Positions 41,057 through 52,486 of a DNA stretch of 64,000 nucleotides are shown in pieces (position 1 is the stretch's first letter; every line of letters starts with the position of its first letter). Origin of the DNA: an uncultured Pelagibacteraceae bacterium (GTDB taxonomy: Bacteria; Pseudomonadota; Alphaproteobacteria; Pelagibacterales; Pelagibacteraceae); the NCBI GenBank assembly GCA_902633185.1, contig CACPFN010000006.1, positions 1,530 through 65,529 on the forward strand, read 5' to 3'. The position numbers and the translations under genes are program-made. The notes under the pieces were generated by a model. It was not told where the DNA came from. It saw only the letters and a list, made by a program, of their open reading frames with translations, and did no database searches.

Positions 41057-42888
41057 TCGTGAAAGAAGTTATATATTTTTTTTGCAACTTTTTCCTCAAC
41101 TCCATCAACTGATTTTATTTCATCTAAACTAGCTGATTCCACAGCTCTGGCTGAACCAAAATGATTTAATAATGCCCTTTTTCTGATAGATCCAATACCA
41201 TCAATTTGATCTAATAATGATTTGCTTATGCCCTTTTTTCTTTTTGCTCTATGAGCACTTATTGCAAATCGATGGGATTCATCTCTCAGTCTTTGTAAAA
41301 AGAATAATGTTGGATCATTTTTCTCGAATTTGAACTCTCTTCCATTATGAAAAAATGTTTCATTTCCACTATTTCTCATTTTGCCCTTTGCTATAGCCAC
41401 AATAGGTATTTCATGTAGACCGAGTTCATTCATCGCTTCTCTAGCTACAGAATATTGACCTTTCCCTCCATCAATTAAAACTAAATCAGGGAAAGTTAAA
41501 TAGTTATCTTTCTCTTGAACTGCTCTTTTAAATCTTCTGTTAAGAACTTCTTTCATCATTCCATAATCATCTTGAGCATTTTTTTGAATTTTTATATTGA
41601 ATTTTCTATACCTTTTTTTAACAAACCCTTCATCGCCATAAGTAATTAAAGCGCCCACACTATTTGTGCCTTGAATATGGCTATTATCGTAAACCTCAAC
41701 TAAATTAATATTAGTTTCAAGATTGAATTTTTTTGATACCGCATCAAAAAGATCTCTATTATTCTGACTCTCATAAAGTTTTCTATTCAAACTATCTTTT
41801 GCATTATTTATTGCTTGATTAATAACTTTTAGTTTTGTCCCTTTTCTTGCAACAGTAATTGTGATTTGTTTACCTTCTTTTTGTGTAAGTGTTTTTTCAA
41901 TTAATTCTTTCTCTTTAATTTCATTTGATAAAATTATTGAAGATGGCACGCTTTTATTTTCATAAAATTGAGAGACAAAAGAATTAATGATATCATTTAG
42001 ATTTTCTTCTGGATCATGCTTTGGAAAAAAAGCTTGATTGCCCCAATTTTGTTTTGACCTATAAAAAAAAACTTGAATACAAGTTTTTCCAGACTCTTTA
42101 TATCCCGCGATAACATCTGCTTCGACTAAATTTGCTTCATTTATTCTTTGAGAAGATTGGATAATATTTAATGATTTAATTCGATCTCTTAGTATTGCTG
42201 CTTTTTCAAAGTCTAAATCCTCACTAGCCTTTTCCATTTGATTAGATAAGCTTTTCTGAATTTTTCTAGATTTGCCTGACACAAACTCAATTGCATCATC
42301 AACAGTTTGTTTATAATCACTCTCAGTTACGTAACCAACACAAGGTCCTGAGCACCTTTTAATTTGATAAAGTATGCAGGGTCTTTCTCTATTTTTGAAA
42401 ACAGTGTCATCACAAATTCTTAGATGAAATATTTTTTGGATCATTTTTATAGTCCAATTTGCAGATCCAGCTGATGCAAATGGTCCAAAATAAAATCCCT
42501 CTTTGCCTTTTTTCCCTCTGTGCCTTTTGATTTGTGGCCATTTATCTTTGTCGCCTATAAAAATAAAAGGAAAGGATTTGTCATCTCTTAGTAAAATATT
42601 AAATTTTGGTTTAAACTTTTTAATTAAATTTGCCTCTAAAAGTAAAGCCTCACTTTCATTTGAAGTAGTAGTAATTTCGAGTCTTTTTGTTTGAGAGAGC
42701 ATTCTTTCAGTCCTAATGATATGACTTTTCTCTGATACATAACTTTTAAGTCTGTTTGGAAGGTTTTTTGCTTTACCCACATAAAGAATTTCTCCTTTTG
42801 AATTTAGCATTCTATAAACACCTGGCAGCTTAGGAACCAAGGGCAATTCTTTTTTAATTACTTCTTTACCTTGATCAGGGCTAAACAT
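41053..42888 (-). CDS. uvrC: Excinuclease ABC subunit C
   Basis: [40 protein letters not shown], HhH; likely start ATG 42888. Confidence 0.96.
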   Translation of the reverse strand: MFSPDQGKEVIKKELPLVPKLPGVYRMLNSKGEILYVGKAKNLPNRLKSYVSEKSHIIRTERMLSQTKRLEITTTSNESEALLLEANLIKKFKPKFNILLRDDKSFPFIFIGDKDKWPQIKRHRGKKGKEGFYFGPFASAGSANWTIKMIQKIFHLRICDDTVFKNRERPCILYQIKRCSGPCVGYVTESDYKQTVDDAIEFVSGKSRKIQKSLSNQMEKASEDLDFEKAAILRDRIKSLNIIQSSQRINEANLVEADVIAGYKESGKTCIQVFFYRSKQNWGNQAFFPKHDPEENLNDIINSFVSQFYENKSVPSSIILSNEIKEKELIEKTLTQKEGKQITITVARKGTKLKVINQAINNAKDSLNRKLYESQNNRDLFDAVSKKFNLETNINLVEVYDNSHIQGTNSVGALITYGDEGFVKKRYRKFNIKIQKNAQDDYGMMKEVLNRRFKRAVQEKDNYLTFPDLVLIDGGKGQYSVAREAMNELGLHEIPIVAIAKGKMRNSGNETFFHNGREFKFEKNDPTLFFLQRLRDESHRFAISAHRAKRKKGISKSLLDQIDGIGSIRKRALLNHFGSARAVESASLDEIKSVDGVEEKVAKKIYNFFHE

Positions 42889-43300
42889 GACTTCTTTTTT
42901 TTGAAATTTGAATTCCAACAGAACTACAGTCTTTCATGATTTCCAATTTTTCAATTTGGAGAGATATTTTATCTATTCTTTTATCTTTGAATAGCTCATC
43001 GAAGACGTCTTCTGCTAAAGTTTCTAAAAAATTATAATGTTTATTTTTTACTAATTTTTTTATTAATTTTACAATTTTGGCATAATTCACTATTGATTTA
43101 ATATCCTTATCATTAGAAGGTTGTTTATCTTGATAATTTACTTCTAAATTAAATTTTACTTTTTGAGGCTTTTCTTTTTCAAAATCAAAATAACCAAGTT
43201 TTAAATCTAACACTAATTCTTTTATTAAGACCTTCTTTTCATAGTTAAATAAACTTTTATTTTTATCTATTTTTACAACTTTGAGATTATTTTTTTTCAT
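42881..43300 (-). CDS. folB: Dihydroneopterin aldolase (FolB/FolX family)
   Basis: G..DFE....Q, IVNY, FLETLAE, IEK. Confidence 0.82.
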   Translation of the reverse strand: MKKNNLKVVKIDKNKSLFNYEKKVLIKELVLDLKLGYFDFEKEKPQKVKFNLEVNYQDKQPSNDKDIKSIVNYAKIVKLIKKLVKNKHYNFLETLAEDVFDELFKDKRIDKISLQIEKLEIMKDCSSVGIQISKKRSHV

Positions 43301-43302
43301 AT

Positions 43303-44313
43303 TTATATTCTAGACTCAATAAATTTAATAATTTCTGGATGGTAATAACTAAAACAGCTATATTTAACAAGTTGATGGCCTGCAGCACTCTTTTTCATTT
43401 CTTTCTTTAATTTTTTATCTAGAACTACAAATTTTCTTTCACTTGTAAGTTTTTCTTTACCTTCTGGCCAGGCCTCTTCCCATCCACCTTTCATTTTTTC
43501 CTTAACTTTACAATCTTTTCCATTAACAAAAATTTTTCTATTTGTGTGGCCAGGTGTATCAATCCATTTTATACCCGGAATATTTCCTAAATCTTTTTTC
43601 ATCCAGATACTATTGCTACGCCAATCTCCCTCACCATCCACAGGGCTATGAAAAACTAGAGCATCTATTCTTTTAAAACTTTTTAGTTCATCAATTTGCA
43701 TTTTTCTAATTGGAGTGTTTGGATTTCTATCCCAACAATTAGGCATGAATGAAATAGTTGCATTAAAGTCTTCTGGATAAAGACCTTTGTGTCTAAGTGT
43801 ATCAATACCTCCGCAAGACAATCCAGACATAAATATTTGATTTCTTGGAGTTCCTTTTGAAACTAATTCATCAATTATTTCTTTATTTACATCGACTCTT
43901 TTACTTATTCCCCAATTTTTTAAAATACAATCATACCAAGGTTTGTGAAATGCACCTTTGAATTTCCATGCACATCCATATCCATCATCTCCACCTGCTT
44001 TATGTAACCTTCTATTAAGCATTAAAACCAGTTCTTTACCTTTAATTTTAGTTCCTGATATTTGACCTAAATACTTTGGAAGAAAATCTTTACATTCTCC
44101 CCATTTCTTTTTGACTGTCCATCCTCCTGTATTATAGATCATTATGATTTTATTTTCTGGATTTGGAATATCAGTTCCTTTTATTACAGTTACTTTTTTT
44201 CCATCACTATAAATAAATGCGTCTCCCTTGATATCTCCAGATTTACATTCTCTAGCTTCTGCTAAAGAAATTAATGTAAAAAATATTGAAATTGTAAGTA
44301 TTAATTTTTTCAT
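43303..44313 (-). CDS. Hypothetical exported protein, probable alpha/beta hydrolase
   Basis: Signal peptide (..ISLAEA); GLSCGG nucleophile elbow; candidate Asp (SPVD) and His (AAGH). Confidence 0.6.
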   Translation of the reverse strand: MKKLILTISIFFTLISLAEARECKSGDIKGDAFIYSDGKKVTVIKGTDIPNPENKIIMIYNTGGWTVKKKWGECKDFLPKYLGQISGTKIKGKELVLMLNRRLHKAGGDDGYGCAWKFKGAFHKPWYDCILKNWGISKRVDVNKEIIDELVSKGTPRNQIFMSGLSCGGIDTLRHKGLYPEDFNATISFMPNCWDRNPNTPIRKMQIDELKSFKRIDALVFHSPVDGEGDWRSNSIWMKKDLGNIPGIKWIDTPGHTNRKIFVNGKDCKVKEKMKGGWEEAWPEGKEKLTSERKFVVLDKKLKKEMKKSAAGHQLVKYSCFSYYHPEIIKFIESRI

Positions 44314-45065
44314 TCTTTACCGCCCATTATATCTGGAGTTTGCCAGTTTAAGTTTTGGCCACTATCAATTGCTAAAACTTGACCGGTAATAGATCTATTT
44401 TTAATAAAAAAGTCAACAGCATTGCAGATTTCTTGAACATCCGTCTGTTTTTTAAGAGGTGTTGCCATGTATTGTTTTTTAAAATGTTTATCAGACTGTC
44501 TTTTATTTTTAATAGTTGGACCTGGAGCAATTCCATTCACTCTAATATTTGGGGCAAGACTCATAGCGCAAGTTTTGGTTAAGGTGTAAAGACCAGTTTT
44601 GCTTAATGTATATGAAAAAAAATATGGTGTTAATTTGAATACTCTTTGATCAATTATATTAATAATATTATTGTTTTTGCCTCTAATATTTTTCGCAAAT
44701 CCTTGCGATAATAAAGCTGGCGCTTTAAGATTTGCTTTTAAATGGCTATCCCAACTTTTTGATGTAAAATTTTCAAGCTTGTCATTTTCAAATAACGAAG
44801 CATTATTTATTAAACAATCAAAATATTTCAATTTTGATTTTGAAAATTTAAGCATTCTTTCTATTTCTTTTTCTTTAGTTAAATCTGCTTGTGCTAAATA
44901 AATTTTTGTACCAATTTTGTTTAAATCTTTTTTAAGATTTTCTGCTTTGGATCTAGATTTGTTATAATGGATAACAATTTCAATATTAGGTCCAGATAAT
45001 TTTTTAGCTATGGCAGCTCCCATTCGAGTTGCTGCTCCAGTAATTATTATCTTTCGTGCTTCCAT
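44310..45065 (-). CDS. SDR oxidoreductase, pteridine reductase/FolM-like
   Basis: [37 protein letters not shown]. Confidence 0.85.
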   Translation of the reverse strand: MEARKIIITGAATRMGAAIAKKLSGPNIEIVIHYNKSRSKAENLKKDLNKIGTKIYLAQADLTKEKEIERMLKFSKSKLKYFDCLINNASLFENDKLENFTSKSWDSHLKANLKAPALLSQGFAKNIRGKNNNIINIIDQRVFKLTPYFFSYTLSKTGLYTLTKTCAMSLAPNIRVNGIAPGPTIKNKRQSDKHFKKQYMATPLKKQTDVQEICNAVDFFIKNRSITGQVLAIDSGQNLNWQTPDIMGGKE

Positions 45066-47221
45066 TTTTTGTCTCTTTTTTTTGTAACTCTTGTACCAGG
45101 CATACCTAATGTTGATCTACCTTTAGGATAAATTTTATTTTTAACATCGTACTGTCTAATTTTGGGGTTTAAAGTAATTTCTAATTCAGTACTTTGAAGC
45201 TTTCTCATCTCATCTCTAATTTTAGCCGCTTCCTCAAATTCCAGATTAGATGCAGCTTCCTTCATCTTTTTGTCTAATCCTTTTAAATGTTTTTTAAGGT
45301 TACCACCAATATTGGAACCTTCGCTTATTTTGACGTAATCTTTCTCGTAAACACTTTCTAAAATATCACTTATTTCTTTTTTTACAGATTTAGCGTCGAT
45401 TTTATTTTTCTTATTGTACTCTAATTGAATCTTTCTTCTTCTCTCAGTTTCTTTAATTGCTTTCTTTATACTTTTTGTTTCCTTATCGGCATAAAGAATA
45501 ACTTTTCCATCAACATTTCTTGCGGCTCTCCCTATTGTTTGAATTAGTGAAGTTTCTGATCGCAAAAATCCTTCCTTATCCGCATCTAGTATCCCGACTA
45601 AAGCACATTCTGGAATATCTAAACCTTCTCTTAATAAATTTATTCCAACCAGAACATCAAATACACCCATTCTAAGATCTCTCATAATCTCTATTCTCTC
45701 AAGTGTATCTATATCAGAATGAAGGTATCTTACTTTTATCCCATTTTCATGAAGATACTCGGTTAAATCCTCTGCCATTTTTTTTGTAAGTGTTGTAACC
45801 AAAACTCTATAATTATTTTCAACTACTTTTTTACATTCATGCATAAGATCATCTACTTGATTTTTTGCTGGTCTAATTTCAACTGGTGGATCTATTAATC
45901 CCGTAGGTCTTATTACCTGATCAATAAACTTGCCTTTAGTTTGTTCTAACTCCCACGGACCAGGAGTTGCTGAAACAAATACAGTTTGTGTTCTCATTAA
46001 ATCCCACTCTTCAAATTTTAAAGGTCTGTTATCCATGCAAGATGGCAATCTAAAACCATACTCAGCCAATGTGCTTTTTCGAGACCTATCTCCCTTAAAC
46101 ATCCCATTAAGTTGGGGAACTGTAACATGAGACTCATCTACAAAAACTAATGTGTTATCAGGAAAATATTCAAAAAGGGTGGGTGGTGGCTCTCCTGGTT
46201 TTCTACCAGATAAAAATCTTGAGTAATTTTCAATTCCTGCACAAGATCCAGTTGCCTCAATCATTTCTAAATCAAATTTAGTTCTCTCCTCTAATCGTTG
46301 CGCCTCTAATAACTTGTTTTCCGCTTTGTGTTTTTTTAAAGTCTCCTCTAATTCTTTTCTTATTTTTATAATTGCTTGTTCTACAGTTGGTTTAGGAGTG
46401 ATATAATGAGAATTAGCATAAACTTTTACAAGACTAAGATCTCTAACCTGATCTCCTGTCAAAGGATCAAATTCCTCAATCTTCTCTAGTTTGTCACCAA
46501 ATAAACTTAGTCTCCATGCTCTATCCTCTAGATGAGATGGAAATATTTCTAAATATTCTCCCCTTGCCCTAAATGTTCCTCTAAAAAAATTTTGATCATT
46601 TCTCTTATACTGAAGAGCAACAAGAGATTTTATTATTTGTTCTCTATTATATTCATAGTTTTTCTGAAGAGTTAAAGTCATTTTGCTGTAAGCTTCAACT
46701 GATCCCAAACCATAAATACAAGAAACACTTGCAACTATTAAAACATCGTCTCTTTCAAGAAGAGATCTTGTTGCCGAGTGTCTCATTCTATCAATCTGCT
46801 CGTTTATAGAAGCTTCTTTTTCGATGTAAGTATCTGATCTTGGTACGTAAGCTTCTGGAGTGTAATAATCGTAGTAAGATACAAAATATTCAACAGCATT
46901 ATCAGGAAAAAAAGTTTTCATCTCACCGTAAAGTTGAGCTGCCAAAGTTTTATTCGGTGCCAATATTAACGCTGGTCTATTCGTAGCTTCTATAACTTTT
47001 GCCATTGTAAAAGTTTTTCCAGATCCAGTTACTCCTAATAATACTTGATTAAACTCATTTTTTTTAGCTCCTTGGACAAGCTTTTTAATTGCATCTGGCT
47101 GGTCACCAGCTGGGGTAAAATCTGACTTTATTTTGAATTTTTTTCCACCTTCGAGTTTTCCACCGATTTTTGGGTTTTTACTCTGAATGTCTGTAATTAG
47201 GTCTTGATATGTATTCTCCAT
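45047..47221 (-). CDS. uvrB: Excinuclease ABC subunit B
   Basis: [50 protein letters not shown]. Confidence 0.97.
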   Translation of the reverse strand: MENTYQDLITDIQSKNPKIGGKLEGGKKFKIKSDFTPAGDQPDAIKKLVQGAKKNEFNQVLLGVTGSGKTFTMAKVIEATNRPALILAPNKTLAAQLYGEMKTFFPDNAVEYFVSYYDYYTPEAYVPRSDTYIEKEASINEQIDRMRHSATRSLLERDDVLIVASVSCIYGLGSVEAYSKMTLTLQKNYEYNREQIIKSLVALQYKRNDQNFFRGTFRARGEYLEIFPSHLEDRAWRLSLFGDKLEKIEEFDPLTGDQVRDLSLVKVYANSHYITPKPTVEQAIIKIRKELEETLKKHKAENKLLEAQRLEERTKFDLEMIEATGSCAGIENYSRFLSGRKPGEPPPTLFEYFPDNTLVFVDESHVTVPQLNGMFKGDRSRKSTLAEYGFRLPSCMDNRPLKFEEWDLMRTQTVFVSATPGPWELEQTKGKFIDQVIRPTGLIDPPVEIRPAKNQVDDLMHECKKVVENNYRVLVTTLTKKMAEDLTEYLHENGIKVRYLHSDIDTLERIEIMRDLRMGVFDVLVGINLLREGLDIPECALVGILDADKEGFLRSETSLIQTIGRAARNVDGKVILYADKETKSIKKAIKETERRRKIQLEYNKKNKIDAKSVKKEISDILESVYEKDYVKISEGSNIGGNLKKHLKGLDKKMKEAASNLEFEEAAKIRDEMRKLQSTELEITLNPKIRQYDVKNKIYPKGRSTLGMPGTRVTKKRDKKWKHER

Positions 47222-47257
47222 ATATTAAACAACGTAATTGAATAATTTCATAATTCA

Positions 47258-48445
47258 ATGAGCATAATATCTAATAATTTAAAAAGAATTAAACCATCTC
47301 CAACTATTGCAGTTACTCAAAAGGCAAGAGAATTAAGAGCTGCAGGAAAAGATGTAGTTGGACTTGGGGCAGGGGAACCAGATTTTGATACTCCTATCAA
47401 TGTTAAAAATGCAGCCATTAAAGCAATAAGAGACGGAGATACAAAGTATACTGCAGTTGATGGAACTCCATCATTAAAAAAAGCAATTTTAAAAAAATTT
47501 AAAAGAGAAAATAAACTAAATTATAAACTAGATGAAATCACAGTTGGAACTGGAGGGAAACAAGTTCTCTATAACACTTTTATGGCAACTTTAAATAAAG
47601 GAGACGAAGTTATTATTCCTGCGCCATTCTGGGTTTCATATCCAGATATGGTTCTCTTAGCAGGAGGAAAACCAAAAATAGTAAAATGTGATGAAAAAGA
47701 TGGATTTAAAATTACACCTACAAAATTAAAAGCCGCAATTACAAAAAGAACGAAATGGATAATCCTTAATTCTCCATCTAATCCAACTGGATCTGGATAC
47801 AGCAAATCAGAAATTCAAAAATTAGCAAAGGTTTTAATAAAAAACAAAAAAGTCCACATTTTGAGCGATGATATTTATGAGCATGTTAAATATGATAATT
47901 TTAAATTTTTTACTATTGCTCAAATTTCAAAATTAAAATCTCGAACATTAACAATGAATGGAGTGAGCAAATCTTATGCAATGACTGGTTGGAGAATTGG
48001 TTATGCAGCCGGACCAAAAGAAATAATTTCTGCAATTAGAAAAATTCAATCTCAGTCAACTTCGAATCCCTCGTCAATTAGTCAAGCAGCAGCTGTTGAA
48101 GCTCTGAATGGAAAACAAGACTTTATTAAGAAAAGAGCAAAATCATTTAAAGAAAGAAGAGATTTTGTTGTAAAAAGTTTAAATAATATTGATGGTATTA
48201 GCTGTTTAAAACCTAATGGTGCATTTTACGTATTTCCGAATTGTAAAAAACTTTTAAATAAAAGAACTAAACTTAAAAAAGATACTGATTTTGTCCAAAA
48301 GCTATTAGAAAAACAAAATGTTGCTGCTGTTCAAGGCTCGGCATTTGGTTTAGATGGATATTTTAGAATTTCATATGCAACTTCAATGGCAAAACTTAAA
48401 ATAGCAATGGCTAGAATTAAAAAGTTTTGTGAGGATTTAGGATAA
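47258..48445 (+). CDS. Aspartate aminotransferase (class I PLP)
   Basis: GAGEPDF, NSPSNPTG, DDIYEH, SKSYAMTGWRIG, RISYA. Confidence 0.92.
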   Translation: MSIISNNLKRIKPSPTIAVTQKARELRAAGKDVVGLGAGEPDFDTPINVKNAAIKAIRDGDTKYTAVDGTPSLKKAILKKFKRENKLNYKLDEITVGTGGKQVLYNTFMATLNKGDEVIIPAPFWVSYPDMVLLAGGKPKIVKCDEKDGFKITPTKLKAAITKRTKWIILNSPSNPTGSGYSKSEIQKLAKVLIKNKKVHILSDDIYEHVKYDNFKFFTIAQISKLKSRTLTMNGVSKSYAMTGWRIGYAAGPKEIISAIRKIQSQSTSNPSSISQAAAVEALNGKQDFIKKRAKSFKERRDFVVKSLNNIDGISCLKPNGAFYVFPNCKKLLNKRTKLKKDTDFVQKLLEKQNVAAVQGSAFGLDGYFRISYATSMAKLKIAMARIKKFCEDLG

Positions 48446-48447
48446 AC

Positions 48448-48822
48448 CTATTTTTTTTTATTTAGTCCAATTAGAGAAGAATTTCTAAATCTTAAAATTA
48501 CAATTGCTAAAGCAATTAAAACAATCGCACCTGCTTCATATAGTAATATCTCTGGATTTAGAGATTTTCCTTGTAAAATAATAAATCTAGCAAGTGCAGT
48601 TATAGCAATAAATAACGGCAGTGTAATTTGAATTGATTGGCTTTCCCAAAATACTCTAACCATTGCAAGCACTTCAAGATATAAAAAAAGTAAAAGCAGA
48701 TCGGCTAAAGTAACTCTTTGCACGAGTATCATCTGGTACATTTCTTGCCCAAAAGCAATAACTGTACTAACTAAAATGATTACTAATGCTACAAGCTGGA
48801 TTTGCTTTACAATGTTTTCCAT
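48448..48822 (-). CDS. Phosphate-starvation-inducible PsiE family membrane protein
   Basis: ADLLLLFLYLEVLAMV, P..IAITALAR.IIL. Confidence 0.8.
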   Translation of the reverse strand: MENIVKQIQLVALVIILVSTVIAFGQEMYQMILVQRVTLADLLLLFLYLEVLAMVRVFWESQSIQITLPLFIAITALARFIILQGKSLNPEILLYEAGAIVLIALAIVILRFRNSSLIGLNKKK

Positions 48823-48888
48823 TTAAATTCTTTTATAATTTAAAATAACTTTTTATTCTATACTGAAATAGCTTGTAAATTATTGATA

Positions 48889-49908
48889 TTATACTAATCC
48901 AAGTCTAACTACTGATTTTGCCGCATCCTCAATACATCCTCTAGCCGGCTGAAATTTAAATCCCAATAAATCTTCAGCATACGAAGCATCAGTTTGCATT
49001 TGTATCCCTAAATCTGGAACCATCATTTTTGCACTCGTATCCAGATGACTAATTATTCTCACTAAAAAGTTTGGCAACACTCTTTTTGGAAGTTTTTTTG
49101 AATATTTAGGTAATGCTTCAGCCATAATATTTGAAAAATCTATCATTCTTTTGACCTCAGAGCCAATTATTAGTCGTCTTCCACCAACATCTGGTCTTGT
49201 TAAAGAATTGATGTGAGCTTTCACTACATCTTTCATATCTGAGACTAAAATACTAAAATCCGGAGCACCTGGATATTTACCTTCTAGAAATAATTTAACA
49301 TAACTTATCGAAGTTTTTTCTTTAGTATCTAAAGCGTCTCCAAAGACACCTCCAGGACATATACATACCAACTTATTCTTTAAACCTTTATTCTCCATAA
49401 ATTCCCAAGCTGCTTTTTCAGCCTTGATTTTTGAAACAAAGTAATCATTACAACCTTTCCAATTAACATCACTCCAATCATTTTCACCAAATGTATATGG
49501 ATTTGTCCTATTAGGTTTTCTAAACATTGTTGCAATTGAAGAAGTTTTAATAATACGTTCAACTCCCGCGTTAACAGCAGCTTTTAAAACTCTTATAGTT
49601 CCATCTTTAGCTGTAGGAACAAGACTTTCACGATCTCTAGAGGTCTTTAAGGGGAAAGGAGAAGCCACATGCATTACATACTTACAGCCTTTTAATGCCT
49701 CATCCCAACCTTCGTCTTTTAAAAGATCTAATTCTACAAATGATAATTTATCAATTGATGCATATTCATTTATGGTTTTTTTTGTTTGCTCTATTAAACC
49801 AGAATCTCTAACAGTGCCTAAAACTTTATATCCCGATTTTAATAATTCAATTGCAGTGTGTTTAGCGATCCATCCACTTATACCCGTCAACAATACTGTT
49901 TCATTCAT
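48889..49908 (-). CDS. NAD-dependent epimerase/dehydratase (aldehyde reductase/DFR-like extended SDR)
   Basis: LTGISGWIA, HVASPF, TSS, Y..SK (YFVSK), AEKAAW. Confidence 0.85.
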   Translation of the reverse strand: MNETVLLTGISGWIAKHTAIELLKSGYKVLGTVRDSGLIEQTKKTINEYASIDKLSFVELDLLKDEGWDEALKGCKYVMHVASPFPLKTSRDRESLVPTAKDGTIRVLKAAVNAGVERIIKTSSIATMFRKPNRTNPYTFGENDWSDVNWKGCNDYFVSKIKAEKAAWEFMENKGLKNKLVCICPGGVFGDALDTKEKTSISYVKLFLEGKYPGAPDFSILVSDMKDVVKAHINSLTRPDVGGRRLIIGSEVKRMIDFSNIMAEALPKYSKKLPKRVLPNFLVRIISHLDTSAKMMVPDLGIQMQTDASYAEDLLGFKFQPARGCIEDAAKSVVRLGLV

Positions 49909-50853
49909 TTATTCAGATAAATGTTTTTCAGCCTCTAATGCTGCCATACATCCCATACCAGCTGCTGTAACTGCCTGTCTAAATACTTTATCTTTCACAT
50001 CACCAGCAGCAAAAACTCCTGGTATATTTGTTTCCGTAGACTCTGGTTTTGTTATTAAATAACCCTCATTATCCATTTCTAGTTGGTCTTTAAATAATGA
50101 GGTTGCTGGATCATGCCCTATAGCAATGAACAAGCCATCAATTTTTAATTCGTCTATTTTGTTTGTTTTAACATTTTTAATTTTTAATCCAGTTACATTT
50201 TTAGGATCATTATCCCCAATAACTTCATCAACAACAGAGTCCCAAATTATTTCAATTTTTTTATTTTCCATTAATTTCTTTTGAAGTAATTTTTCTGCTC
50301 TCAAACTATCTCTTCTGTGAATAAGCTGAACTTTTGAAGCAAATTTTGTTAAAAACATAGCTTCTTCGACTGCAGCATTTCCACCCCCAACAACTGCTAC
50401 AGTTTTGTCTTTAAAGAAAAATCCATCACATGTTGCACATGCAGATACACCAAAACCTCTAAAGCTTTGTTCTGAGTCAATATTTAACCATCTTGCTTGA
50501 GCTCCTGTTGAAATAATAATTGATTCTGCCTCATAAATTTGGCCACTATCTCCAACAGCTTTAAATGGCTTAGATTTTAAGTCCACTGATGCAATATGAT
50601 CTTGTATCATTTCAGTTCCAACTACCTCTGCCTGACCTTTCATTTGATCCATAAGCCATGGCCCTTGTATTACATCTTTAAATCCAGGAAAATTTTCAAC
50701 ATCAGTTGTTGTTGTTAATTGGCCACCAGGTTCCATACCATGAACTAATATTGGTTTTAACATTGCTCTTGCAGCATAAATTGCTGCTGTATATCCAGCG
50801 GGACCTGACCCAATTATTAACACTTTTGTGTGTTTAGTTGGATTTTCACTCAT
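49909..50853 (-). CDS. trxB: Thioredoxin reductase
   Basis: GSGPAGYTAAIYAAR, CATCDG, GGGNAAVEEA, HRRD, RQAVTAAG. Confidence 0.97.
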   Translation of the reverse strand: MSENPTKHTKVLIIGSGPAGYTAAIYAARAMLKPILVHGMEPGGQLTTTTDVENFPGFKDVIQGPWLMDQMKGQAEVVGTEMIQDHIASVDLKSKPFKAVGDSGQIYEAESIIISTGAQARWLNIDSEQSFRGFGVSACATCDGFFFKDKTVAVVGGGNAAVEEAMFLTKFASKVQLIHRRDSLRAEKLLQKKLMENKKIEIIWDSVVDEVIGDNDPKNVTGLKIKNVKTNKIDELKIDGLFIAIGHDPATSLFKDQLEMDNEGYLITKPESTETNIPGVFAAGDVKDKVFRQAVTAAGMGCMAALEAEKHLSE

Positions 50854-50874
50854 ATGAAAGCTATATAATGATTA

Positions 50875-51822
50875 ATGACTAAATTGAAAGGTATATTATT
50901 AACAGAAGGTATGCATGGGATGATTAGCCAAGTAGAAGGTTTGGCTAAAGCTTTAGATATAAATTATTCTCACCACACAGTTGAAACAAAAGGTTTCTGG
51001 AAAGTTATACCGCCAAAATTCACTCCAATATCCAACTCAGTTTTTAAAAAAATTGAATGCGAAGATGTTGATTTAATTATTTCATGTGGGAGAAAAAGTA
51101 TTATTCCATCATTATTCTTAAAAAAAATTTCAAAGAAAAAAGTATTTAATATTCATATTCAAAACCCAAAGATAAAACTAGATAATTTTGATCTAGTTGT
51201 AGTACCTGAGCACGACAATCTTAATGGACATAATGTAATAAAAACAAAAGGAGCTATTCATTATTTAACAAGTGAAGAAATTGAAAAAGACAAAGAATAT
51301 TTATTTAGTATTTCAAGTAAATTGAAGGATAAAAATATAATTTCATTAATAATTGGTGGTCCTACCCAGTATTATGATTACTCAGATAGAAATATCCAAG
51401 AAATTTTTTCAAAAGTAAATTATTTAGTTAAAGAAAATAATCTTAATTTAGTAGTCATCCCTTCTATGAGAACGCCAAAGGGAACTATAGAACATGCAAA
51501 AATATATTTTGGAAATGATCATTTAGTATTAGATGGTGTTGATAAAAAAGCCTATTTAAGTGCTCTTTCACAATCAAAACATTTAGTTATTACTTGTGAT
51601 TCAATCTCTATGATTTCAGAGGCAGCTTTAACAGGTAAGCCAATTTATATTGCCACTATTCCACCTAAAAAAAGCGATAAAAGATTTAAAAATTTTAGAA
51701 AATTATTTCAAGAAATGAAAATTGTTAGAGAATTAGGAGAAAAATTAGAAAATTGGAACTATGAAAAATTAGATGAAACGAATAGAGTAGCAAATATCAT
51801 TAAAGATAAAATTCAATTATAA
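50875..51822 (+). CDS. ELM1/DUF1022 family putative glycosyltransferase-fold protein
   Basis: GM.SQ..GLA, ISCGR, IQNP, VVPEHD, LIIGG, S.RTP, TCDSISMISEA..TGKP. Confidence 0.85.
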   Translation: MTKLKGILLTEGMHGMISQVEGLAKALDINYSHHTVETKGFWKVIPPKFTPISNSVFKKIECEDVDLIISCGRKSIIPSLFLKKISKKKVFNIHIQNPKIKLDNFDLVVVPEHDNLNGHNVIKTKGAIHYLTSEEIEKDKEYLFSISSKLKDKNIISLIIGGPTQYYDYSDRNIQEIFSKVNYLVKENNLNLVVIPSMRTPKGTIEHAKIYFGNDHLVLDGVDKKAYLSALSQSKHLVITCDSISMISEAALTGKPIYIATIPPKKSDKRFKNFRKLFQEMKIVRELGEKLENWNYEKLDETNRVANIIKDKIQL

Positions 51823-52484
51823 TGGCATTTTTAAATTCAATATTAAAAAATTCGTCAAATCATAAATCCCCTTTTGAACATTGGGAATTAGATCAACCAT
51901 TAACTGACGGCCAAGTTCAGGAAATTGTAAACGCTGATATAGCTAATCCGATAGAACATAATTTAAACTATGATGGCACAAGAGCAATTGATGGAGGTGA
52001 AGGTAAGTTTAGAGAAGGTATATCAGACGGAGGTAAAGCATTAAAATTTAGATGTTTTGTTACAAAAGAAAATTCAAGTCAATTTCCTAATCTTGTTGAA
52101 TTTATTAAAGAACTTCAAAATCCATCAACTTATAAAAAAATTTCTGAATTGATAAATAAAGATCTTTCAAATTCATATGTAAGAGTTGAAGTTATATGTG
52201 ATAGAAAAGGATTCTGGTTAAAACCACATTGTGATATCAAAGAGAAACTGATGTCATGTTTATTATTCGTAAATAAGCATAATGAAAAAGAAGATTTAGG
52301 AACAGATTTTTATGATGAAAATCTAAAATTAGCAAAAACTGTTCCGTATAAGGATAATTACGGTTATTTTTTTTCAAGTGGTCCTAACACTTGGCATGGT
52401 ATGGAAAAAAAAGAAATAGTAAAAGAGAGAAGATGTCTTCAAGTAAATTATGTTACATTTGAGACGGATTGGAAAGTCAATTAA
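51822..52484 (+). CDS. 2OG-Fe(II) oxygenase
   Basis: HxD (KPHCD), distal His (TWHG), Arg in RRCLQVNY. Confidence 0.8.
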   Translation: MAFLNSILKNSSNHKSPFEHWELDQPLTDGQVQEIVNADIANPIEHNLNYDGTRAIDGGEGKFREGISDGGKALKFRCFVTKENSSQFPNLVEFIKELQNPSTYKKISELINKDLSNSYVRVEVICDRKGFWLKPHCDIKEKLMSCLLFVNKHNEKEDLGTDFYDENLKLAKTVPYKDNYGYFFSSGPNTWHGMEKKEIVKERRCLQVNYVTFETDWKVN

Positions 52485-52486
52485 AA

